A stretch of 63,699 bases of DNA, filler included, from Octopus bimaculoides (Eukaryota): NCBI RefSeq assembly GCF_001194135.2. It is 7 parts of 7 records of this genome, joined end to end, with 100 filler letters (N's around TTAATTAATTAA, not from the genome) between each part and the next. Parts side by side here need not be neighbours in the genome. Positions count along the whole stretch, not along the records: positions 49,320 to 62,030 come from NC_068990.1; positions 62,131 to 63,699 come from NC_068991.1; 5 more parts are not named here. One strand, 5' to 3'. Under the pieces are notes generated by a model that was not told the origin of the DNA, did not search any database, and saw nothing but the letters and a program-made list of their open reading frames with translations. Each line of letters starts with the position of its first letter. Within the stretch, counting starts at the first letter, position 1. This document shows, piece after piece, positions 53,271 through 63,699 of the stretch. Both the position numbers and the translations under genes were made by a program.

Positions 53271-56200
53271 CTTATTCAAAAGAAGAATTTATGTACAGAC
53301 AGGACGAAGTTGAGGCTTGCATAGATTGGAAATTGTCGGTGAGCTGGCAGGAACGGACAAAATGTTTTGCAGCATTTCGTCTGTTGTAATGTTCTGAGTT
53401 CAAATCCCGCTGAGATCGACTTTGCTTTTCATCCTTTTTTGAGGTCGATAAAATAAGTACCAGACGAGCACTGGGGTCGTTGTAATAGACGTATCCACTC
53501 CCCTCCGAACTGCTGTGTTCGTGCCAAAATTTGAAACCAATATTATGAGATTTCAACAGATCTGAAGTGGAAAAAATATAGAAGCGAAAAAGAGATTTTA
53601 AGAATGACAGGAGCGACACAAGGGATAAACCAACACACACACACACACACANNNNNNNNNNNNNNNNNNNNNNNNNNNNNNNNNNNNNNNNNNNNNNNNN
53701 NNNNNNNNNNNNNNNNNNNNNNNNNNNNNNNNNNNNNNNNNNNNNNNNNNNNNNNNNNNNNNNNNNNNNNNNNNNNNNNNNNNNNNNNNNNNNNNNNNNN
53801 NNNNNNNNNNNNNNNNNNNNNNNNNNNNNNNNNNNNNNNNNNNNNNNNNNNNNNNNNNNNNNNNNNNNNNNNNNNNNNNNNNNNNNNNNNNNNNNNNNNN
53901 NACAGCTGATGACCTTGGTGAGAGAGACAAAAACCTGGCAAACCTTATATCTTCTTTTCCAGTAAAATTCTTCACTGATATTGAAAAGGTGAAAACAAGC
54001 AATGTTAATTCTCTAAATGAAGTATTAACAGTAACTGCACGATAAAGTGTAGTATATTGCCACTTAAGTGTGGCTGACCCCTAGGGGTGGATGTTACTGT
54101 TGCCTTTAGCCCCAGGAGGACATCTCCTCCAGCTGGCTTATCGACACACGACTGTGTCCTGTTTGCCAAGTGAGTGGCTGCGGCTTGCAATCATTTGCTC
54201 TTGCTAATGAGGGAAAAGCAGATTTCCGTTAATTGCCAGTGGTGCAATCAGTGGAGTGGCTGACGGTAACGCAAGAACAGCAACCCCAGAAACTCTAAAA
54301 TGTTGGAGTCTTGGAAATCGCATTCAGTCATCTTTTCTACGTCACTTCTTCAAAAGGTCTTCATATTCTATCACTTTTCTCGCTCTTTTGGAAATGCAGC
54401 TTCTGTTAGTATACCTAAAGCTCGGGGAACCATAGTGTGTCTGCGTGTAAGAGTAAATTTCTTGTTCTTTTTGTGTGTGTGTGTTTGTGTGCGTGTGTAT
54501 GCGTGTGTGCGTGCGTGTGCGTGTGTGTGTGTTTCCTTACCTAGCAAGTTTCAGGTAACAACATAATATTGCAATATTTTGTTTCCAACTCAACTCAGAA
54601 TTTCCCCCACCCCTAATCTGTCCAGTTCTTGATTGCCTCCCTGCAAATGAAGGGCTTTCATATTTTCCGCTATTCGTTCACACAAATATTTAATTTATAC
54701 CTTTTTTTTTCTTATTTATCCAGGCGTTGCCTTGGTGACTTCTTGCCACAACAGATCAAGTCAAACGAAAATGAATTTGAAAACGTTTAATAAAATTCTA
54801 CTTTGTTTTTAATTCAAAAATAGTGTGATGTTCGATCACATGAACTCAACTTAGCATGTACAATGAAGCTAAAAGGCTTGACATGTAAAAATATTCTTTA
54901 AAAAATTGGTAATACCCAACGACGTTATCTCAAATAAAAAAAAAATGCAAAATATTGACTAAAAATTTTGCTATTCTTTCAAAATGGAACAAAAAATTAT
55001 TAGATAAAGCTCATTGTTCTGTAAGCAGATTTACAAACGTAAAAACATAAATCACTTTTTGAAATTTAAAACTTAAATTGCTGACAACTAGTATTAAAAA
55101 CTCCATGTATATTTTCGTTTATATATTGTACTTTTAACGTTTCTTATTTTATACGGGATTGAGTATTACACAGAATAACGTGAGATTGTTTATCACGTGA
55201 GAGTGTCTATAAGATATTTAATTGAACTAAAATTATTTCAAATTTTCGACACAATGCCAGCAATTTCGAGGGAGGGTGCAAGTCGATTACATCAACTCCA
55301 ATAGTCAACTGATGCTTGTTTTATCGACCCCGAAAGAATAAAATGTAAAATCAACTTTGATGGAATTTGAACTCAGAACGTAAAGGCGGATGAAATACTG
55401 CTAAGCATTTTAATCGGCGCGCTAACAGTTCTGCCAGTTTGCCGACTTGTTAAGTTACACAAAATTTCCTGTTTCGTTTTAGTCATTTGACTGCGGCCAT
55501 GCTGGAGCACCGCCTTTAATCGAGCAAATCGACCCAGAACTTATTCTTTGCAAGCCTAGTACTTATTCTATCGGACTCTTTTGCCGAACCGCTAAGTTAC
55601 CGGAACGCAAACACACCAGCATAGGTTGTCAAGCGATGTTGGGGACAAACACAGGCACACAAACATATACACACATGNNNNNNNNNNNNNNNNNNNNNNN
55701 NNNNNNNNNNNNNNNNNNNNNNNNNNNNNNNNAAATTGTGTGAAGGGATTTGTCTCTTTTTATGTATTAGGGAACGGGTTGGGGTGGAGAGAATGAGGGG
55801 GTAAGTAATGTGGAGTGTAAAGGGTAGGAAAAGAAGGAGAGGAATGGAGAGATAGAGGAGGGAGAAAGTGAGTGTGTGTGTGTCATTCCTTGGGCATCTA
55901 TAGAAGGGAAAGATTTTGAGAAGGAAGATTCAAGATCTTTCCCTTCTATAAATGCCCAAAGAATGACACCTTCTTCAGAAAAAATATGGAACAACACTTC
56001 ATAACAAAATTCTCCCCAAAACTGAATGCCTGAAAATATGAAAATCACATCAACTTCCTTATAAACCCATCTGGAACCTTAAGATAGATGCATAACATTA
56101 CGATTACTATGTAAATGCCGGCTTCTTGAAACAAATGTCGAATTTAGTATTATGTATTCTCGTCTCAGTATTTTGTATTTTCTACGTAAATACATTCAAT

Positions 56201-56821
56201 TGTTTGATCAGGATTCAGTTGTTTGATTTTAGCTGAATTACCAGCTCCAGAAGTAAGGTGCTTTGTATTCCGCAGAAACATGTATATTTAATGTAATTCT
56301 TAAGCAGAATGAACGTGACTCCTTGTGCAATAAGGTTGTACTATTTGAATTGCTGGTACTCTCTTCCAATTAAGCTTCTATACAGTTTGCACACACTCAG
56401 TTTCACTTACAATTCATGGGTTGATCTGAGACTTAAAAAAAAATAACATTTGCCCGGGATACCACGCATTGTGCTGGAACCTGCGACTTCGTAGCTACTA
56501 AAGAAAAAGTCTTAAGCATTGGACTACGCAATGCCTACGCAACAATACTTGCAGCAATAATACAAATACCAAAATAACTAACAATTAAAAAAAAACGATT
56601 CCCCCGTCACAATATAAAGGAACCTGTTAACACAAACACCAGAAACAATGAAAGACAAAGAGAAACACAACAGAAGGATGGTCTTAACGAGTTGAATTTT
56701 GTGTGAAAATGTCAGCTTGTTGCATGAAAACTAAAATATTAATGAATCGAATAGATGCGCTGGCTAAAATCCAATTAATTGGAAATGAAAATGGCATTTA
56801 CTAACGGAAACCAGGAATTTG

Positions 56822-56933
<112 letters not shown>

Positions 56934-57462
56934 GTAATAATAATGATAATAATGATATAACTAATGCCATCCAAAATGTTCCAATGTTACACAGGTATTT
57001 GGTGCACATTTATGGTTAAACAACTGATGTATCATTGCTGTTTGTAATGTTAGTAGAAAGAGAAGCAATGAGCTTATAGGCGGTTAATTGGCGCAATCGT
57101 TACAACGCAGTGTAGATTCCTTTGTCTGTGTGAGTTCATATCCCGCAAGGGTCAATTTTAACCTTTCATTTTTTTCTTTTTTGTTCAGAGACAATAAATA
57201 AAGTACCAGCTTTGTAATGATGTCGAAACATTCCATTCGCTCACTCGTTCTTCTTATCTGTCTGCCATTGTCTTTTTTTTTTTTTAAAGAAATCGGTTGT
57301 ATGTCACAATGGTGCCGCTACGACCCCTTCAAGAAATGGAATCCCCAAGATAGAAAATTAAAATTATATTTCTAATTTTGGTCCTCAACGCCTGTTTCAA
57401 ACCTTGTTGTTATTCTTTCAAATCCCTTTTCTTTGTACTCATTAAACATCTTAAAATAAACA

Positions 57463-57866
57463 GGCGCAGGAGTGGCTGTGTGGTAAGTAGCTTGCTTACC
57501 AACCACATGGTTCCGGGTTCAGTCCCACTGCGTGGCACCTTGGGCAAGTGTCTTCTACTATAGCCTCGGGCCGACCAAAGCCTTGTGAGTGGATTTGGTA
57601 GACGGAAACTGAAAGAAGCCCGTCGTATATATGTATATAGATATATATATGTGTGCGTGTGTTTGTGTGTCTGTGTTTGTCCCCCCCCCCAACATCGCTT
57701 GACAACCGATGCTGGTGTGTTTACGTCCCCGTAACTTAGCGGTTCGGCAAAGAGACCAATAGAATAAGTACTAGGCTTCCAAAGAATAAGTCCTGGGGTC
57801 GATTTGCTCGACTAAAGGCGGTGCTCCAGCATGGCCGCAGTCAAATGACTGAAACAAGTAAAAGAG
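57463..57866 (+). mobile_element. tRNA-derived SINE family A, best-preserved copy
   Basis: tRNA-like head with box A (TGGCTGTGTGG) and box B (GGTTCAGTCCC), body, internal (TA)(TG) microsatellite, 3' module ending GAAACAAGTAAAAGAG. Homologous pieces at about 5510-5605(-), 17390-17590(+), 39073-39227(+), 40255-40460(-), 55470-55660(-), 59286-59445(-), 61250-61625(+). Confidence 0.92.
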
Positions 57867-60467
57867 AGACTCTGCTCCTTATATATTCTATTTTTGATCT
57901 TTTTCTGCTGGTTGTCTCTGGTCCGGACCAAAATTGCCACGGCAGAGCCATCTTTATTTTCATCATATTCTTATATGTTTACGTATTTATCTATTTATTT
58001 ATTCTCTTAGGTTTTGCTCCGAAACAGGCCGGTTCTCAGCTAGAAAATCCACAGATCCGTCATCAAAGTTTTTCCCCAGTCACTAAAACCTCTCTAAATT
58101 CAGACATTGCATCTGAAGAACTATATACTTAATGCGTCCTTCGTTTTATAATTCAGATAAGCAATGATTTGAGAGCGATTTGACAGCTATTTCAAGCAAC
58201 TGTTTAAAGGCAACATTGTTGGCTCCTCTCGTTATTAATATTTTCTGTTTTACATTCCTTCCAACATCAATGCGCAAGAATATAAAAGCAAAAACATTGG
58301 GTTTTGCCAACCGTTGTTTACAGCGCTGCACGGAATCTCATATGACAAACGAAAATTACAGAAACTTATGATAAATATTGCTATGCCACCAGTATCTATT
58401 AAAAATCATGGATGTGACATGATAAATGATATTCAATGGTGCGATATCTTATAGTATTCCATTGCACAAATTTGATATGTCATATTTCTTATGCAGTTAA
58501 CAGGAGGAAATAGATTTCGTATCTTTTGAATTAGTTGTTCTTGCTGAAGTTATTGTTGTTATTATTTTGTTGTTGTTGTTGTTGTTGTCGGTGGTGCTGG
58601 TGGGGGTCTATTTTGAAAATTATGTGTATATATATATATATATATATACATATATATACGTATATACATATATATATATGTATGTATGTATACATACATA
58701 TGTAGATACATATGTGGAGGCGCAATAGCCAGTGGTTAGGGCAGCGGACTCTTGGTCCTAGGATTGCAGTTTCGATTCCCAGACCGGGCGTTGTGAGTGG
58801 TTATTGAGCGAAAACACTTAAAGCTCCACGCGGCTCCGACACCGGTTGGTGGCGAACCCGACTGTACTCTTTCACCACACCTTTCTGTTGTACTACACTT
58901 TGAAAATTTTTGATATCTTGGCATCTGAAGCAGCTGGAGATAAAATAGTTTGACCCCAAAAACCAACTGTTGCAGGCAAAAATAAATACTGAAAAAACCC
59001 GCATTTGGCCAAATTTGGACACATGACAGTTTAACATAATAACAGCAATATATATGTGTATGTGTGTGTGTGTGTATCCATACATGTATTTAGTTATATA
59101 TATATATATATGTATATATATATANNNNNNNNNNNNNNNNNNNNNNNNNNNNNNNNNNNNNNNNNNNNNNNNNNNNNNNNNNNNNNNNNNNNNNNNNNNN
59201 NNNNNNNNNNNNNNNNNNNNNNNNNNNNNNNNNNNNNNNNNNNNNNNNNNNNNNNNNNNNNNNNNNNNNNNNNNNNATATATATAACGGGCTTCTTTCAG
59301 TTTCCATCTACCAAATCCATTTCCATGGCTCTGGTCGACCGAAGACTCTAGCTGGAGACACTTGCCCATGGTGCCATGCAGTGGGACTGAACCCGGAACC
59401 ATGTTGTTGGGAAGCAAACTCATAACTACACAGCCACGCCTCTACATATTATAGTCAGGCCGGAAGGGCAATGCACATGGCCTTTGACATTACTCCCCAC
59501 CCTTGCCTTGAAAATGGCCGGAGAGAAGATTTTCTCAAACGAAAATTATTTCCAACAAATTCTAATCCGCTAAAGTATCCAAAGTACCTGGTGGTGTTTT
59601 TAAACAAGCTAAGGATTTAATCCCGCAACCAAATAAGCCATAGCGAGATTTGAACTCAGAACTTAAAATATGTAGAAATAAATACTATAAAACATTGAGT
59701 TCTTTACTATAAAGTACAATAATTGGTTCGTTAGGGTATCTTTCCCTCCATCCGATTCTGTATAGATTTACATCACTGGGGTCATTTTGAATAAAGAAGA
59801 GAATCTCTTTTTACTTTAGACTGAAAAAAATTACGAAAAGGTACAAGACTTTAAAATGTGAAATTTTAGATAATCGAAATATTCCGTTAATGCGTGGCTG
59901 GGATTCGAAACCGAATTTCTGGATAACCGTTCGGACATCACAGTTGTTTTATGTAATCAATCTAGTAAGTACCCAATCAGAGTCAAGCTATCACATGATT
60001 CAATCTTCTAGAATCTACTTCTTGTACCCTATAAAAAGCTAGTTTTGGCGATAATTAATCGTAGAATGTTGAGACAATTGAGTGATATGTTCCTTCACTA
60101 TTGCCACACACGACGGTTCCAGATACTTGCGCAGACATCTCCAGGTTCTTGGACAGAGCAAACTAAATATTCGCAGAGTATTCCATAAGTAAATTCTTCG
60201 AACACGACGTGCTCCTACATTCTGTATAACTATTTCTGTTCTTATCTGTAACAAACCAACGCAGGTTGTTTGATGTGCGACGATAAATTCTTCCGTTTAA
60301 TGTTCGGATGTGTGGTTCAAAGGTCCCATTTATTAAAATTAACGTAGACAAACATTTTTACCTATTTATGTGCGTGTATATATATATATACACACACACA
60401 TATCTGAATATATATAAAAATATACATAGTTATATATACACACATATATATACAGAACATATATATA

Positions 60468-60700
60468 TTTCTTTATTGCCCACAGGGGGCTAAACACAGA
60501 GGGGACAAACAAGGACAGACAAAGGGTTTGAGTCGACTACATCGACTCAAGTGCGTAACTGATACTTATTTAATCGATCCCGAAAGGATGAAAGGCAAAG
60601 TCGACCTCGGTGGGATTTGAACTCAGAACGCAACGACAAACGACAGACGAAATACCGCTAAGCATGTTCACCCGGCGTACTAACGATCCCACCAGCTCAC

Positions 60701-60704
<4 letters not shown>
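60468..60704 (-). mobile_element. tRNA-derived SINE family B
   Basis: Head AGGCGGTGAGCTGG..TCGTTAG, box B GAGTTCAAATCC, core GGTCGACTTTGCCTTTCATCCTTTCGGG. Other copies at about 19800-19960(+), 26960-27180(+), 32130-32300(-), 39611-39735(-), 45930-46140(-), 53335-53540(+), 55240-55447(-). Confidence 0.85.
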
Positions 60705-60741
<37 letters not shown>

Positions 60742-61664
60742 NNNNNNNNNNNNNNNNNNNNNNNNNNNNNNNNNNNNNNNNNNNNNNNNNNNNNNNNNNN
60801 NNNNNNNNNNNNNNNNNNNNNNNNNNNNNNNNNNNNNNNNNNNNNNNNNNNNNNNNNNNNNNNNNNNNNNNNNNNNNNNNNNNNNNNNNNNNNNNNNNNN
60901 NNNNNNNNNNNNNNNNNNNNNNNNNNNNNNNNNNNNNNNNNNNNNNNNNNNNNNNNNNNNNNNNNNNNNNNNNNNNNNNNNNNNNNNNNNNTATATATAT
61001 ATAGGAAAAATCCAGGGGGAATAATTACAGGCTAAATGTTGCTTAAGTGCCCCAGGATTTAATTCCGGGATAGTAACTCGTATTTAGCAGAAAATAAGAA
61101 AATTGAATGAGACGAACTCTCTCTCTCTGTCACTCTCTCTGTGTCTCTCTCAATCTCTCTGTGTCTCTCTCTGTCACTCTCTCTCTATACATGTTTTTAT
61201 ACATACATATGCACATATTTATATACATATATAGGGATAAATGCATAGGCACAGTGGCCACTGTGTTGTAAGGAGTTTGTTTTCCAGCCTCATCGTTCTG
61301 GGTTCAGTTCCATTGCGTGACACCTTCGTCAAGTCTCATCTACTATAGCTTTGAGCCGACGAAAGCCTTGTGAGTGGCATTGATAGACGAAACTTAAAGA
61401 AGCCTATCATATATATAGCTGTATGTGTGTATGTGTGAATATATCATTATGTGTGTGTGTTTCCTCAATCAACCGGAGTTGGCGTGTTTAGACCGTCGTA
61501 ACATTAGCGGTTCAGCAAAGGCAACTGATAGAATAAGTACCACGCTTAAAGAAAAGCTACTGGGTTCGGTTCATTTGACTAAAATTCTTTTAGGCAGTGC
61601 CCCAGCATGGCCACACATCGATGAATACAACACGTAAAATCAAAAATGTAAATATATATGTATA

Positions 61665-61825
61665 GGCGCAGACGTGGTTGTGTGGTTATGTAGCTTGCTT
61701 ACCAGCCACATGGTTCCGGGTTCAATCCTACTGCGTGACACCTTGAGCAAGCGTCTTCTACTATAGCCTCGGACCGACCGAAACCTTGTGAGTAGATGTT
61801 GTAGGCGGAAACTGCAAGAAGTCCA

Positions 61826-61873
<48 letters not shown>

Positions 61874-62030
61874 TGTTTGTGTGTCTCTGTTTGTCCCCCA
61901 CCATAGCCTTACAACCGATGCTGCTGTGTTTACGTTCCCGTCATTTAGCGGTTTGGCAAAAGAATCGCGAGAATAAGTACTAGGGTCGATTTGCACCAGC
62001 ATGGCCGCAGTCAAATGACTGAAGCAAATA
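61665..62030 (+). mobile_element. tRNA-derived SINE family A
   Basis: Collinear with the 57463 copy, with an internal (TG)n tract. Confidence 0.88.
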
Positions 62031-62434
62031 NNNNNNNNNNNNNNNNNNNNNNNNNNNNNNNNNNNNNNNNNNNNTTAATTAATTAANNNNNNNNNNNNNN
62101 NNNNNNNNNNNNNNNNNNNNNNNNNNNNNNAACGGAAGGAAGAAAAAAATTGTTAGAAATAACGAAAATACAGAAAATTAATTGAAAAATACAGAATTTA
62201 TGCGAAAAAAAAAAAAAGAACTGTCACCCAGTTAGTTATGAAGATGGAAGTTCCAGTTGATCTGGTCAACAGCATAGCTTTCTCGTGAAATTAACGTTGC
62301 AAGGGGCTGAGTACTCCACAGATAAGCTTACCCTTTGCGCAGTTCTCAGGAAGATTCGGCGTGACAAGGCTGACCCTTTGAATTACAGCCACAGCTCATT
62401 TTTGCCAGCTGAGTAGACTGAAGCAATACGAAAT

Positions 62435-62765
62435 AATGGCCCAGTGGTTAGGGCAGTGGACTCGCGGTCATAGGATCGCGGTTTCCATTCCCAGACAGGG
62501 CGTTGTGAGTGTTTATTGGGCGAAAACGCCTAAAGCTCCACGAGGAGATGGTTGCGAACCCTGCTGTACTCTTTCACCACAACTTTCTCTCACTCTTACT
62601 TACAGTTTCTCTTGTGCCTGTAATTCAAAGGGTCAGCCTTGTCACACTGGGTACACGTGTCTGTGGAGTGCTCAGCCACTTGCACGTTAATTTCACGAGC
62701 AGGCTATTACGTTGATCGGATCAACTGGAACCCTCGACGTCGTAAGCGACGGAGTGCCAACAACC
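62435..62765 (+). mobile_element. tRNA-derived SINE family C
   Basis: AATGGCCCAGTGGTTAGGGCAG...GGATCAACTGGAACCCTCGACGTCGTAAGCGACGGAGTGCCAACAAC; near-identical segments at 41132-41462 and about 58718-58885; diverged inverted relative at about 62235-62430. Confidence 0.88.
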
Positions 62766-63699
62766 AACCAAAGCAGATATACAGAAATTCTTAAATGCTT
62801 AAAATTTCAAGAATTAAAAACAAACGCACAGAGCTCAGGTGAATAATACAGAAATAGAATAACGAATGGAACGATACAGATTTGATGAGAAAAGCCTGAT
62901 GTAAAGTAAGATGCAGGAAAATGCTGGTATAATGGGAAAATGCATGCCTGATGGAGAAATACAGAATCGAGGAAACAATACTTAATCCAAGCAGCATTTA
63001 GAATTGACGGAGAAGCGGAAAACTGATAAAACAACACAGAAAAAAACAAAAAACAGTGGGGAAATGAAATAGATTTTATAAAAATATCGAAGAAATTTTT
63101 AGAAAAATGTTATTCATTAAAAAAAATACACCTTTTGAAACGCAAAAAAATAATGAAAAAAATAGAGCATAAAATATATATAAAGTGGAAAAAATTGATA
63201 AAATAGTGGAAGATTCAGTTGATGGAGGAATACTGTAAAAGAGATATGAGATGAAAAAAAAAAAATGCAGAGAATTCATTTATAAACATATATTCGTGTT
63301 TTCTACCATTTTATTCCCTGTCCATTCTGATACACACTCACACACGATCCCCCCGTACAGATTTGATAGAAAATGCGATGGTTGAAGGAAAATGCAAAAC
63401 TGACGAAAATATTTAGAACAGACACAAACTATAAATTTTAGAAATTTGTTCGTAAAATTGGAAAACCTGACTGATTGTAAAATACAAAATTCGCAGTGAA
63501 ATACAGAATTGATGGGAAAAATACAAAAATTATTGATGGAACAAATCCGGTGTTAATACAAAAGTTAATGAAAAATGGACCAAAATAATGATTAAGTCAA
63601 TATCTTGCCGAAATCCAAGACCTGACAATGAGCACAAAAAATGTTAGATTTGATAAAGAATTGATGAAAAATACTGAGCACACACACACACACACACAC

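Noticed and set aside
60039-60330. Possible mariner transposase remnant (minus strand)
   Set aside because: Weak PH..T similarity only; no TIRs found.

Overview
AT-rich, microsatellite-dense, gapped eukaryotic genomic DNA. The SINE repertoire and simple-repeat load look like an octopus (coleoid cephalopod) assembly; this is inference, not a database result. Almost all ORF-track entries are microsatellite or N-gap artefacts, and the real genes are spliced. (1) Minus strand, about 37.6-48.5 kb: eight phase-compatible exons, plus one probable upstream exon, encode the S/P-rich linker and C-terminal tandem-MIT (EAT) region of a ULK1/2 (Atg1/unc-51) family protein. The kinase exons and the last exon are not visible. 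(2) Plus strand, 14309-14469: one exon of a class A neuropeptide GPCR (TM1-TM2-ECL1), most like trissin receptors. (3) Plus strand, about 21.9-32.5 kb: a candidate unrecognised spliced gene, four phase-compatible exons (about 100 aa) behind an X-box-like plus CCAAT motif pair. The rest is decayed mobile DNA: a near full-length RTE LINE; CR1, R4/Dong, RTE and Penelope fragments; an internally deleted mariner; hAT-type MITEs; and many tRNA-derived SINEs. A degenerate 5S rRNA copy abuts one SINE. Six 100-bp spacers (N44-TTAATTAATTAA-N44) mark contig joins of unknown size, so order and spacing across them are uncertain. Family assignments come from recalled motifs; no searches were run.
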